A stretch of 64,000 nt of DNA from Calditrichota bacterium (GTDB lineage Bacteria > Electryoneota > B3-LCP). Below the pieces are notes generated by a model, which saw only the letters and a list, made by a program, of their open reading frames with translations, was not told the origin of the DNA and made no database searches. The stretch's first letter is position 1. Each line of letters starts with the position of its first letter. Of this stretch, positions 20,700 to 29,993 are shown in pieces. The stretch covers positions 853 to 64,852 of the forward strand of contig JAGVQJ010000141.1 of the NCBI GenBank assembly GCA_020051775.1, written 5' to 3'. The position numbers and the translations under genes are program-made.

Positions 20700-22349
20700 T
20701 TGTCCTTCTTAGTTACAGCTCGGAAGTGGCGGCCACAGACCTTTGAACAGGTCGTCGGCCAGGAGGGCGCGGCACGCACTCTGCAGAACGCATTGCGAGC
20801 GGGCCGGATTGCTCACGCCTTCATTTTTGCGGGTCCGCGTGGAGTCGGCAAAACCACTACGGCGCGGCTGCTGGCCAAGGCCATCAATTGCATAAAAGGC
20901 CCTACTCCGGAACCCTGCAATCAATGCGTTTCCTGCCAGGAGATCGCAGAAGGCCGATCTCTGGATGTTCTGGAGATTGACGGAGCTTCCAATCGCGGCG
21001 TCGGCGAAATCCGCAATCTGCGCGAGAACATCCGCTTCAATCCGGTAGGATCGCGCAAGCGGATCTACATCATTGATGAAGTTCACATGCTCACTATCGA
21101 AGCCTTCAACGCATTATTGAAGACTTTGGAAGAGCCGCCTGAACACGCCATTTTCATCTTCGCCACCACGGAGATGAACCGCGTGCCGGCCACCATTCTG
21201 TCGCGCTGCCAACGTTTCGATTTCCGCCGCTTGACCGCGCCGGAGATTGCCGGGCAATTGCGGCATATTGCCGACCATGAAGGTCTCAAGGCCGATGACG
21301 AAGCCCTGGGATTGCTGGCTCGCCGCGCCGATGGCGCCATGCGCGACGGCCAAAGTTTATTAGATCAAATGGCTACTTTCGCACCTGAGGGCATCACCGC
21401 CGAACAGGTGCGCACCGCGCTGGGCATCGTGCCCGAAGATTTATATTTTCGCGCTTCCGACCTGGTATTTGGCCGGGATATGGCGGTTGTTTTCGAGATC
21501 GTGGACGAGATTGACACTCGCGGCCACAGCCCGCGCGAATTCCTGCGCGGTCTGTGCGATCATTTTATTAATTTCTTAAAAGCCCGAGATGCGAAATCCG
21601 CCGCTTTCATCGAAGCGCCGTTAGATGTTGCCAAACGGTATCAAGAGGTCGCCCGGAAGCTTGAGCTAAATGACCTGTTGCGGGTGCTGGCCATCTTACA
21701 AGAGGCCTTCACCGACATTCGCCGCCACCCCAATCCTCGGCTGAAGTTGGAGCTTACCTTACTACGTCTAGCCTCGCTGGAACACACCGAGCAAATCGAA
21801 GAGTTGTTGGCGAATCTGAGGGGGGAGAATCCACAGCCATCGCGAGGCTTTCAGGGGAATCAAACCCCGCCGCGCAGCGGAATCAAACCCAAGCCTGCGG
21901 CTGAGTCAACCCCCAAACCGCTGGAACCAGAATCGAAAACCACTGCTGCGACAGCGCCTACACCCAGACCTGCAGTAGCAATCTCAACCGCAACCTGGGA
22001 TTTAGATTACATTCGGCAGTATTGGCACCAGATCGTGGATCAAGTATGTGAAGGTCGCGGAGTGTTGGCTTGCCAATTGAAGTTGGGACGGCCGGAACGC
22101 TTGGAAGAGGGCTTTATCGTGACCAGTTTCGGGTCCGATCTGCACGACCTGCAACTGGAACGGTTGCAAAAGGTGGCGGTATCGGGGGGATTCGACCAGG
22201 GATTACAAACCGCCTTTGGTTCGCCGGTGCGGTTGCGCTTCGAACGCCATGCCGCCTTCAGTCCCCAGGAAACGACTGCCAGCACTCAGGAAGCCGATCC
22301 ACTGGATCAAGAGGTGATGCGCCGCTTGGGCGCTCGGCCTATCGGTTGA
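20700..22349 (+). CDS. dnaX: DNA polymerase III subunit gamma/tau
   Basis: It has the AAA+ clamp-loader Walker A (GPRGVGKTT), SRC motif (LSRCQRF) and a Zn module (CNQCVSCQEI). The start appears to be TTG. Confidence 0.95.
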   Translation: MSFLVTARKWRPQTFEQVVGQEGAARTLQNALRAGRIAHAFIFAGPRGVGKTTTARLLAKAINCIKGPTPEPCNQCVSCQEIAEGRSLDVLEIDGASNRGVGEIRNLRENIRFNPVGSRKRIYIIDEVHMLTIEAFNALLKTLEEPPEHAIFIFATTEMNRVPATILSRCQRFDFRRLTAPEIAGQLRHIADHEGLKADDEALGLLARRADGAMRDGQSLLDQMATFAPEGITAEQVRTALGIVPEDLYFRASDLVFGRDMAVVFEIVDEIDTRGHSPREFLRGLCDHFINFLKARDAKSAAFIEAPLDVAKRYQEVARKLELNDLLRVLAILQEAFTDIRRHPNPRLKLELTLLRLASLEHTEQIEELLANLRGENPQPSRGFQGNQTPPRSGIKPKPAAESTPKPLEPESKTTAATAPTPRPAVAISTATWDLDYIRQYWHQIVDQVCEGRGVLACQLKLGRPERLEEGFIVTSFGSDLHDLQLERLQKVAVSGGFDQGLQTAFGSPVRLRFERHAAFSPQETTASTQEADPLDQEVMRRLGARPIG

Positions 22350-22400
22350 AACATGATTGATGTAGTATAGTTTAATCAAGGGGTTTAGAGGTCTTAAACC

Positions 22401-22739
22401 ATGAAGAAATCCGGAATGGCCGGGCTGCTGAAACAAGCCCAAAAGCTGCAAGATGATATGGCCAGAATCCAAGCCGAATTGGAGACGCTGACGGTCGAAG
22501 CCAGTTCGGGCGGAGGCGTCGTCACCGCCAGGGCTACGGGCAAGCAGGAGATCATCGAAATCAAGATGGACCCCGATGTAGTGGATCCCAAGGACACCGA
22601 GATGCTGGAAGACCTCGTGGTAGCCGCCGTTAATCAAGCTCTGAAAAAGTCGCGAGAATTGGCTGACGAGAAGATGTCTCAAGCGGCCGGCGGATTGATG
22701 GGCGGCCTGCCGGGTGGGTTCAAGTTGCCGGGGTTCTAA
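22401..22739 (+). CDS. ybaB: Nucleoid-associated protein YbaB/EbfC
   Basis: YbaB/EbfC-family motifs (MAGLLKQAQKLQDDMARIQAELE, GGGVVTARATG) in a 112-aa ORF. Confidence 0.9.
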   Translation: MKKSGMAGLLKQAQKLQDDMARIQAELETLTVEASSGGGVVTARATGKQEIIEIKMDPDVVDPKDTEMLEDLVVAAVNQALKKSRELADEKMSQAAGGLMGGLPGGFKLPGF

Positions 22740-22909
22740 GCAGATAGCCTCCCGACGCCCGCCCCTAAAGGAACGGGCTACGGCAAACACAAAGCCCTGT
22801 AAACAGGGCTCGACCGAAGAGAATAGCCCCCTTCAGGGGGGTTGAAATAGATGTAGCCCACTGCTTTAGCGGTGGGTGGACGCGAGTGGTATTATCCAGC
22901 GTTGTTAAC

Positions 22910-23509
22910 ATGACCTCCCTCCCTTCCACTTTGCAATCGCTTATTGACGAGCTGGCTCGCCTACCCGGCGTCGGCAAGAAGTCGGCGCAGCGCATGGCTC
23001 TCTATATATTGAAAGCTCCGCGCGAGAAAGCTCAGAATCTGGCTGATGCGGTCATGGGGGTGAAGGATCGCCTGTCTCTGTGCCGTACCTGTCATAACAT
23101 CGCAGAAGGAGAGCAATGCCCCATCTGCGCCGATCCCAAACGCGACGCGAGCATCATCTGTGTGGTGGAGCAGCCCGCTGACATCCTGACACTGGAAAAA
23201 TCCGGCGCGTTTCGAGGCTTGTATCATGTACTGGGCGGGGTCCTGTCGCCTTTAGATCATCAAAATAGCGGCGATCTGAACCTGAACGACCTGGTGCGGC
23301 GCGTGAAAGACGGCAACGTGCGAGAAGTTATTCTGGCCACGAACCCCACTACCGAAGGCGAAACTACAGCGCTCTTGGTGGCGCAGATGCTGAAGACTAC
23401 CGTCGTGAAGGTCACGCGCATTGCGCGCGGGGTGCCGGTGGGATCGGATCTTGAGTTCGCCGACGAGGCCACGCTGGCGAGAGCGCTAGAAGGGCGAGGG
23501 GAGTTGTAA
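22910..23509 (+). CDS. recR: Recombination protein RecR
   Basis: It has a helix-hairpin-helix (LPGVGKKSAQRMALY), a C4 zinc finger (CRTCHNIAEGEQCPICAD) and a Toprim domain. The internal ATG at 22910 is the likely start. Confidence 0.9.
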   Translation: MTSLPSTLQSLIDELARLPGVGKKSAQRMALYILKAPREKAQNLADAVMGVKDRLSLCRTCHNIAEGEQCPICADPKRDASIICVVEQPADILTLEKSGAFRGLYHVLGGVLSPLDHQNSGDLNLNDLVRRVKDGNVREVILATNPTTEGETTALLVAQMLKTTVVKVTRIARGVPVGSDLEFADEATLARALEGRGEL

Positions 23510-23521
23510 TCTCCGTCGTAA

Positions 23522-23547
23522 TGTCATTCCCGCGTAAACGGGAATCC
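23522..23547. repeat. REP-like palindromic element, copy E1, reverse orientation
   Basis: The sequence is TGTCATTCCCG-cgtaaa-CGGGAATCC. It is the reverse complement of the family consensus GGATTCCSGG...CCSGGAATGACA and lies 12 nt after the recR stop. Confidence 0.6.
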
Positions 23548-23587
23548 AGACGGTAGAGCGGCAGCTTGCTGCCGCCAGGATAACGAT

Positions 23588-24784
23588 ATGAATGGCTTTG
23601 ACAGAATTACCTTCGACCCAAACGTAATGGGCGGGCAAGCTTGTATACGGACGACGGGAATTCCAGTGTCGGCGATATTGAATTTGCTGGCGAATTGTAA
23701 AAATAAAGATGAGATACTAGCTGAGTATCCAGATCTCGAAATGGTAGATATTCAGCAGGCGTTGGGGTGGGCAGCGAGGGCCACTATTGACAAGCACCAA
23801 ATAGAAATGCGACTTAGCGCAGATTATTTGTTTCATTACACCAAACGACTTGATGTTATCAAAAATATCCTTAGAATTGGATTTCGATATTATCTCATTC
23901 AGGAAAAGATCCCTTACAAGGAAACCTATCAGGAAAATTTCGCAATATGTTTCTGTGATCTAAGAATCGAGGATACTGTTGTTCATAGAAAACGATATGG
24001 TAATAATTCTATAGTCCTATCGAAAGAATGGGGTATCAAAAATTGCATTCAACCAGTTAACTATATTCATGAAAACTCATCAGTGGTTTCAACCAAATAT
24101 ATCGCAATGCGAAGCAGATTCCGAGAGATTCACCAAAATCATCCACATAAAGATGATGTACTACAGGCAATGATGGATTATTTAATTTTCTCCAGGCTAC
24201 TAGATAAAGAGAAGTTAAATCATGAGATGATAAAAATTGACATTGATGAGAATCCGAATTTGCCAAATGAATTTGCAATTCATGAACAGGAATTCTTGGA
24301 ATTTATGGGGGATTTAGAAAGGATTAACCGAAAAGTTCTTTGCTGTGAATATATTTTTTCAATGTTTAAAAGAATCAATGACCTACATTTAGAGTTGGAA
24401 AAAAGGGATGCCTTTGCGAGAATATATTTTGACAATTATTCCCATAAAATTCTCTATGACGAGAGAGAGTGGCGAGCGATAAAATTCACGGATGATGCTT
24501 TCAACGTGGAAGAAAACGCGGCACGACAAATTACACTTTATGAGTATTTTAATACAAAAGCAGACGAAAACAAGGATATTGCGCCAACAACTAGAAATGA
24601 GCATTTACCTGATTCTGAAAATCTGATATTTTCCGATGACGATATCGTCGCCATCCTCGTCCAAGACGAAAAATCCGTAGATGAAATAAAGGAATTCCTC
24701 AGCAAACCAGAAAATCAGAAATTATTGAACTACGAAGCCGTTAAAGATAAAATTCGTTCGATGGATAGTTTTTCAGAAGGATAA
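23588..24784 (+). CDS. Hypothetical protein: N-terminal DUF433 (antitoxin-like) domain fused to a roughly 330-aa uncharacterised AT-rich domain
   Basis: The N-terminus (FDPNVMGGQACIRTTGIPVSAILNLLANCKNKDEILAEYPDLEMVDIQQALGWAA) matches the DUF433 consensus. The rest has no domain I recognise; it contains RFREIH (Rx4H). Its GC is visibly lower than the flanks. Confidence 0.7.
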   Translation: MNGFDRITFDPNVMGGQACIRTTGIPVSAILNLLANCKNKDEILAEYPDLEMVDIQQALGWAARATIDKHQIEMRLSADYLFHYTKRLDVIKNILRIGFRYYLIQEKIPYKETYQENFAICFCDLRIEDTVVHRKRYGNNSIVLSKEWGIKNCIQPVNYIHENSSVVSTKYIAMRSRFREIHQNHPHKDDVLQAMMDYLIFSRLLDKEKLNHEMIKIDIDENPNLPNEFAIHEQEFLEFMGDLERINRKVLCCEYIFSMFKRINDLHLELEKRDAFARIYFDNYSHKILYDEREWRAIKFTDDAFNVEENAARQITLYEYFNTKADENKDIAPTTRNEHLPDSENLIFSDDDIVAILVQDEKSVDEIKEFLSKPENQKLLNYEAVKDKIRSMDSFSEG

Positions 24785-24795
24785 ACACATTTTCT

Positions 24796-24930
24796 GGATT
24801 CCGGGTCAAACCCGGAATGACAAAGTGTCGGGGTCGGGGACGACCCCGACTACGGACGCGACGAAGCGCGTCCCTGCAGGATTCCCGCTTTCGCCCCGAA
24901 GGGGCGTCCCTTCGGGACGCGGGAATGACA
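24796..24930. repeat. Hairpin-dense block containing REP-like copies E2 and E3 plus two GC hairpins
   Basis: E2 at 24796-24822 is GGATTCCGGGT-caa-ACCCGGAATGACA. Two hairpins follow: GTCGGGGTCG-ggga-CGACCCCGAC and GGACGCG-acgaa-GCGCGTCC. E3 at 24879-24930 is GGATTCCCGC...GCGGGAATGACA with two nested hairpins. Confidence 0.65.
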
Positions 24931-25011
24931 CGACTGAATCCCGTATCCAGAATCCTGAATCCCATTATTCATAACCCGCTTATCACCCCCATACACATAA
25001 CTGAGGAACGC

Positions 25012-25593
25012 ATGAATACAGAAAAGCACATGCTGGAGATTCGCTGGCACGGGCGTGGAGGCCAGGGAGCGGTGACCGCTTCCAAAATGTTGGCCGAATC
25101 CGCCATGACGCTGGGGAAGTTCATCCAGGCTTTCCCTGAGTACGGCTCGGAGCGTCAGGGCGCTCCAGTTAAATCGTTCACCCGGATTTCCGACCAGAAA
25201 ATCAGGTATCATTCTCAGGTCAACACTCCGGATGTGGTGCTGGTCTTAGATCCCACGCTGCTGGGCGTAGTTGACGTTACTGAGGGCTTGGGAGAGGATG
25301 GCATCCTGATCATCAACACCCCGGCTCAGCCTGCTGAGATCCGCAAGCAGTTGAATCTGAAGGGTCGCAAGATCTTCACCGTAGACGCCACGGGGATCAG
25401 CCTGCGCCACCTGGGCAAATCCATTCCCAATACTCCCATGGTGGGAGCCATCGTGGGTATTACCAAAATGCTTTCAGCGCAAGCTGTGGCCGACGACTTC
25501 CGCGTCAAGTTCAAGGACAAGTTCCGGCCTGAGATCGTGGAAGGCAACGTCAAGTGCATCATGGACGCCACTACGGAGGTAAAATCAGAATGA
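25012..25593 (+). CDS. porG: 2-oxoacid (pyruvate/ketoisovalerate):ferredoxin oxidoreductase, gamma subunit
   Basis: Sequence LEIRWHGRGGQGAVTASKMLAESA. The ATG at 25012 is preceded by GAGGAA. The ORF-track 5' extension translates the hairpin region and is rejected. Confidence 0.85.
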   Translation: MNTEKHMLEIRWHGRGGQGAVTASKMLAESAMTLGKFIQAFPEYGSERQGAPVKSFTRISDQKIRYHSQVNTPDVVLVLDPTLLGVVDVTEGLGEDGILIINTPAQPAEIRKQLNLKGRKIFTVDATGISLRHLGKSIPNTPMVGAIVGITKMLSAQAVADDFRVKFKDKFRPEIVEGNVKCIMDATTEVKSE

Positions 25594-25880
25594 AGAAATA
25601 TATCGAAGGGACCGTAAAATCACTTCCCCTGGCCGGTCTGATCGAAGAGGCGGGCACAGCGAAGAAATATAATACCGGCACCTGGGGAACGTTCAAGCCG
25701 GTTTTTCTGGAAGAACACTGCATCCAATGCTTTTTCTGCTGGGTCTACTGCCCGGATTCCGCCGTCACGGTGAACGAAGGCAAAGTCGTCGGTTTTGACT
25801 ACGACCACTGTAAGGGTTGTGCCATCTGCGCTTACGAATGCCCCACCAAACCGAAATCCATCGTCATGGAAAAGAAGTAA
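25590..25880 (+). CDS. porD: 2-oxoacid:ferredoxin oxidoreductase delta subunit (2x[4Fe-4S] ferredoxin)
   Basis: It has two Cys clusters, CIQCFFCWVYCP and CKGCAICAYECP. The start has an ATGA overlap with the porG stop. Confidence 0.85.
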   Translation: MKKYIEGTVKSLPLAGLIEEAGTAKKYNTGTWGTFKPVFLEEHCIQCFFCWVYCPDSAVTVNEGKVVGFDYDHCKGCAICAYECPTKPKSIVMEKK

Positions 25881-25905
25881 ACAATAATGACCCGAGGATA
25901 AAATA

Positions 25906-27117
25906 ATGCCTGAACTATTAGCTTTAACGGGCAACGACGCTGTGGCCTACGCCATGAAACAGATCAATCCCGACGTCGTGGCCGCCTACCCCATCACACC
26001 GCAGACTTCGCTGATGCAGAAGTTCGCCGATTATGTGGCGGATGGCGAAGTGGATACCGAGCTGGTCTTGGTGGAATCCGAGCATTCCGCCATGTCGGCT
26101 ACATTGGGATCCCAGGCCGCCGGCGCCCGTTCCATGACCGCGACTTCGGCCTGTGGGTTGGCTCTGATGTGGGAGATACTGGGGATCACCTCCGCCTACC
26201 GGTTGCCCGTCGTCATGCCGGTCGTCAACCGGGCCCTGTCCGGTCCCATCAACATCCAGGGCGACCATTCCGATACCATGGGCGCCCGCGATTGTGGGTG
26301 GATCCAGATCTTCAGCGAAAACGCTCAAGAAGCCTATGAGAACACATTGCAGGCCATCCGCATCGCCGAACACCCGGACGTGCTGACCCCCATCATGGTC
26401 ACCTTAGATGGTTTTATCATCAGCCACGGTCTGGAAACCGTGAAGGTCTATGATGACGCGCCGGTGAAGAAATTCCTGCGCGATTACCAGGCGCGCTACA
26501 CGCTCTTGGATCCCAGCAAGCCGCTCACGTTAGGCGCTCTGGATTTCTCCGACTACTACTTCGAGCATAAAGTGTCGCAACTCCAGGGTATGCTCAAGTC
26601 ACCCCAGGTGATTCTCGACGTGGGCAAGGAGTTTTACAAGACCTTTGACGGCGATTGCTGCTACGGTTTCTATGAAGCTCATGAAATGAAGGACGCCGAG
26701 ATGGCGGTGATCGTTCTGGGATCAACCGCCGGAGCCACTCGCATGGTGGTGGATGACCTGCGTTCGCGCGGCGTGGCCGCCGGGATGATTAAAATCCGCA
26801 GTTACCGGCCCTTCCCGTACGACGAGATCGCCCGCGAACTGGCAAACGTCAAGGCGGTGGCGGTATTGGATCGTTCCATTGCTTACGGCGCCGACGGCGG
26901 GCCGGTGCACGGCGATGTGCGCGCCGCATTATACGGCAAACATCCAGTGCCGGTCATGAGCAACTACATCTACGGCCTGGGCGGCAAACCCATTGACATG
27001 GAACACATCATGGGCGTCTTCGACGACTTGAAGGAATCCATTGTCAAGGGCCACCCCAAGCGCCGGGTTGGTTACATAAACCTGAAGGAAGGCAATACCC
27101 CCAGCCTCGTCGGCTAA
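25906..27117 (+). CDS. porA: 2-oxoacid:ferredoxin oxidoreductase alpha subunit
   Basis: The N-terminus LTGNDAVAYAMKQINPDVVAAYPITPQT is typical of PorA/VorA. Confidence 0.9.
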   Translation: MPELLALTGNDAVAYAMKQINPDVVAAYPITPQTSLMQKFADYVADGEVDTELVLVESEHSAMSATLGSQAAGARSMTATSACGLALMWEILGITSAYRLPVVMPVVNRALSGPINIQGDHSDTMGARDCGWIQIFSENAQEAYENTLQAIRIAEHPDVLTPIMVTLDGFIISHGLETVKVYDDAPVKKFLRDYQARYTLLDPSKPLTLGALDFSDYYFEHKVSQLQGMLKSPQVILDVGKEFYKTFDGDCCYGFYEAHEMKDAEMAVIVLGSTAGATRMVVDDLRSRGVAAGMIKIRSYRPFPYDEIARELANVKAVAVLDRSIAYGADGGPVHGDVRAALYGKHPVPVMSNYIYGLGGKPIDMEHIMGVFDDLKESIVKGHPKRRVGYINLKEGNTPSLVG

Positions 27118-27160
27118 CCATTAGGGGATCGTACACAAGATTATTCCGATTGGAGATACA

Positions 27161-28093
27161 ATGGCGAAATTAAAAGACCTGGTCATGGAACCGGAGCACC
27201 TGTCTCCCGGCCATCGCCTCTGTCCCGGCTGCGGCGTGCCCGCCTTTATGCGGTTGGCATTGCACATGGCTGGCAAGAACAATGTGGTGGTTTGCGGCGC
27301 GACCGGCTGTCTGGAAGTATCCAGCACCATCTTTCCCTACACTGCCTGGAACTGCAGTTTCATTCACAATGCCTTCGAAAACGCCGCGGCTACCATGTCG
27401 GGGGTGGAAACGGCTTACCGGGCGTTATCCAAACGCGGCAAGGTGAAGGCTCCGTACAAATTCTTGGCCTTTGGCGGCGACGGCGGCACCTATGACATCG
27501 GCTTGCAGTCACTTTCCGGTGCTATGGAACGCGGCCACAACATGGTTTACGTCTGCTACGACAATGAAGCCTATCAGAACACCGGAAACCAGCGCTCTTC
27601 TTCCACGCCGATGGGTAGTAATACGACAACGACTCCGGTGGGCAAGAACAGCTATGGCCGCAAGGGGTTTCGCAAGGATCTAACCGGCATCCTGATCGCT
27701 CACCATATTCCTTATGTTGCGCAAGCGACCGTGGACAACTGGAAAGACATGATGCGCAAATTCGAGCGCGCCTTCGAAGTCGAAGGGCCTGCCTTCATTA
27801 ACGTGCTGGCGCCCTGCGTACCCGGTTGGAAATACGACGAAAAGCTGACCATCGAAATTTCCCGCCTGGCCGCCAAAACCTGCTTCTGGCCCGCCTTCGA
27901 GGTGGACAACGGCAAGTGGAAGTTGAATTACAAACCCAAAGAGAAGTTGCCGGTGGAAGAGTTCCTGAAACCGCAGGGACGTTTTCGCCACCTGTTCCGT
28001 CCCGAAAACCGCCATGTTATTGACATGCTTCAGGCGGAAGTTGACGAGCGGTGGGCGGATATCGTCGCGCGGTGCGAAACCTCACCGTCGTAA
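27161..28093 (+). CDS. porB: 2-oxoacid:ferredoxin oxidoreductase beta subunit (TPP-binding)
   Basis: It has the Cys motif CPGCG...C and the TPP fold motif GGDGGTYDIG...YDNEAYQNTG. Confidence 0.9.
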   Translation: MAKLKDLVMEPEHLSPGHRLCPGCGVPAFMRLALHMAGKNNVVVCGATGCLEVSSTIFPYTAWNCSFIHNAFENAAATMSGVETAYRALSKRGKVKAPYKFLAFGGDGGTYDIGLQSLSGAMERGHNMVYVCYDNEAYQNTGNQRSSSTPMGSNTTTTPVGKNSYGRKGFRKDLTGILIAHHIPYVAQATVDNWKDMMRKFERAFEVEGPAFINVLAPCVPGWKYDEKLTIEISRLAAKTCFWPAFEVDNGKWKLNYKPKEKLPVEEFLKPQGRFRHLFRPENRHVIDMLQAEVDERWADIVARCETSPS

Positions 28094-28105
28094 CGGCACA
28101 ATATT

Positions 28106-28744
28106 ATGACCGAATCCCAGCAAAAGGAAAGTTGGTTGAACCTACCCAACTTCCTGACCGTGTTGCGGTTTCTGTTCGTTCCCTTGATCTTGATGATACT
28201 CTATCGGCAAGGGATCATGTGGCAGATGCTGGGGACGGCTCTGTTCATCTTGGCGGCGTTGACGGATACGCTCGATGGGGCGATTGCCCGTCGGCGCCGC
28301 CAGATTACTGAGTTTGGCAAATTTGCCGATCCATTGGCCGATAAACTGCTCACCCTCTCCATCTTCACGGCCATCGCCTTGCGAAGCGAATTCGCTTCGG
28401 TATCGGTGTACCTTTTTATCTGGATTGCCATTATCGCCCTGCGCGAATTGGGAATCACGGTGATGCGGGTCTGGGCAATCAATCGGGGCACTCCCGTGAT
28501 AACCAGCTTCTGGGGCAAGGCCAAGACTACGATTCAATTGATCACCATCATCTCGACCCTGGCGCTGCTGAATTTCCGTGAAGTCGTCCAACACTGGAGT
28601 GCGGTGCGAGAATATTATCCTGGCGATCAATTCGTCGTGTACGTCGTACACACGCTGATCTTCCTGTGCATGCTTATAACGGTGATTTCCGGGATCTTAT
28701 ATTTTAACGAAAGCCGGTTGGAAAAAGCCGGGGAGACTGTTTGA
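28106..28744 (+). CDS. pgsA: CDP-diacylglycerol--glycerol-3-phosphate 3-phosphatidyltransferase (CDP-alcohol phosphatidyltransferase family)
   Basis: It has the CDP-OH_P_transf motif DTLDGAIARRRRQITEFGKFADPLADKLL and multiple TM helices. Confidence 0.8.
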   Translation: MTESQQKESWLNLPNFLTVLRFLFVPLILMILYRQGIMWQMLGTALFILAALTDTLDGAIARRRRQITEFGKFADPLADKLLTLSIFTAIALRSEFASVSVYLFIWIAIIALRELGITVMRVWAINRGTPVITSFWGKAKTTIQLITIISTLALLNFREVVQHWSAVREYYPGDQFVVYVVHTLIFLCMLITVISGILYFNESRLEKAGETV

Positions 28745-29184
28745 GATTTTTACTGAGGTTAGTCGGCAGTGGACTGGGTTCCGGTTATGCACCAGTCGCC
28801 TCAGGTACGGTGGGCAGCGCTATTGGGTTGTTGATTTGGATTCTGCTACCGTCTCTGACTGCGTATCAACAGATCGCGTTTGTAGGTGTCACTTTCCTGA
28901 TAGGCGTGCCCATCTGCACGCAGATGGAAAAGACCTACGGGTACGATCCATCACAAGCCACGTTCGATGAATTTGTAGGCCAGTGGACTGCACTGATTCT
29001 CCTGCCCAAAACACTGCCCTACCTGGCTGCCTCCTTTCTCATCTTCCGCGCTTTGGACGTATGGAAGCCGTTCCCGGCGCGAGGATCGCAAAAGCTGCCG
29101 GGCGGCTGGGGGATTATGATTGACGATTTGATCGTGGGAGTTTATACGTGTCTGTTGCTGCACGGGGTTAAGATGTTAATCTAA
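28741..29184 (+). CDS. pgpA: Phosphatidylglycerophosphatase A
   Basis: PgpA-family motifs (GLGSGYAPVASGTVGSAIG, FDEFVGQW). It has a 4-nt overlap with pgsA. Confidence 0.85.
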   Translation: MRFLLRLVGSGLGSGYAPVASGTVGSAIGLLIWILLPSLTAYQQIAFVGVTFLIGVPICTQMEKTYGYDPSQATFDEFVGQWTALILLPKTLPYLAASFLIFRALDVWKPFPARGSQKLPGGWGIMIDDLIVGVYTCLLLHGVKMLI

Positions 29185-29210
29185 ATTCAGAATGGAGAAT
29201 GAAGAAGGGA

Positions 29211-29238
29211 AGCGATCCGCGGAGATCGCTTTTGTGTC
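29211..29238 (+). terminator. Rho-independent terminator after pgpA
   Basis: AGCGATC-cgcgga-GATCGCT is followed by TTTGTGTC; the REP-like fragment TGTCATTCCGG at 29247-29257 sits just downstream. Confidence 0.6.
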
Positions 29239-29993
29239 TCTATCCATGTCATTCCGGCAAGGGTTTTCCCAGAGGGACTACATTGTGGTAGCCCGCGCTC
29301 CGGAAACAGACTACGGCTGTTTAATCCCCTTAGGGATCCGATTGAATCAAACCCAACCGCAGCTCCTGAAACCATGCCTTCAACCCCCACTAAGCTTCAA
29401 TAATTAACATTTTACCAGGTTACCCCCGAAGCCCAGGTCAAGGTTTTTTTACTCGCCACTGAGGAAGGTTCCACAAAGAATGGCATAAAAAGGAAAAATT
29501 TCTTAATAGAAATTATATCTATGATCGCGATCGCAAAGAATTCCATTTATATCATCTGCCAATATCGCGACTATTTCTATTTGTATGACATGTGAACATG
29601 ATAGCATGGTTAACTTCATTATTATCATTAATATGAAAGAGTTCATAAAAAATAGTTCAATCAATGCTTTCATTATGGGATCCAACTTAGTACATTGAAC
29701 GTAGAATCACAAGAGCAAGAGCAAGTGAATACGGTACAAGCATTTAAACTGATGACCGGGCTATTTGAGAACCTAGACCTTCCCCGGTCTTCTTTGGCCA
29801 CCTTAAGCCACAATGCAATTCAGAGCGAACTTCCTGAGCATGGAAACAGCGATTTGAAAGATCTATCTGGCCAATTCCCAATCCGTATGAATATCTAACC
29901 GAACACACTTCTAGTAGCTGACTTCCGATCGTCTTGATAACTGTCTAAAAACAGTAAGCCAAAGAACGATAGTTGAATTAAATCGGAGTCAGC

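Noticed and set aside
22203-22790. 195-aa minus-strand ORF
   Set aside because: It is antisense to the well-supported ybaB gene.
24817-25011. 5' extension of the porG ORF (MTKCRGRGRPRLRTRR...)
   Set aside because: The extension translates the REP-like hairpin block into an Arg-rich product. A good internal ATG with GAGGAA RBS is at 25012.
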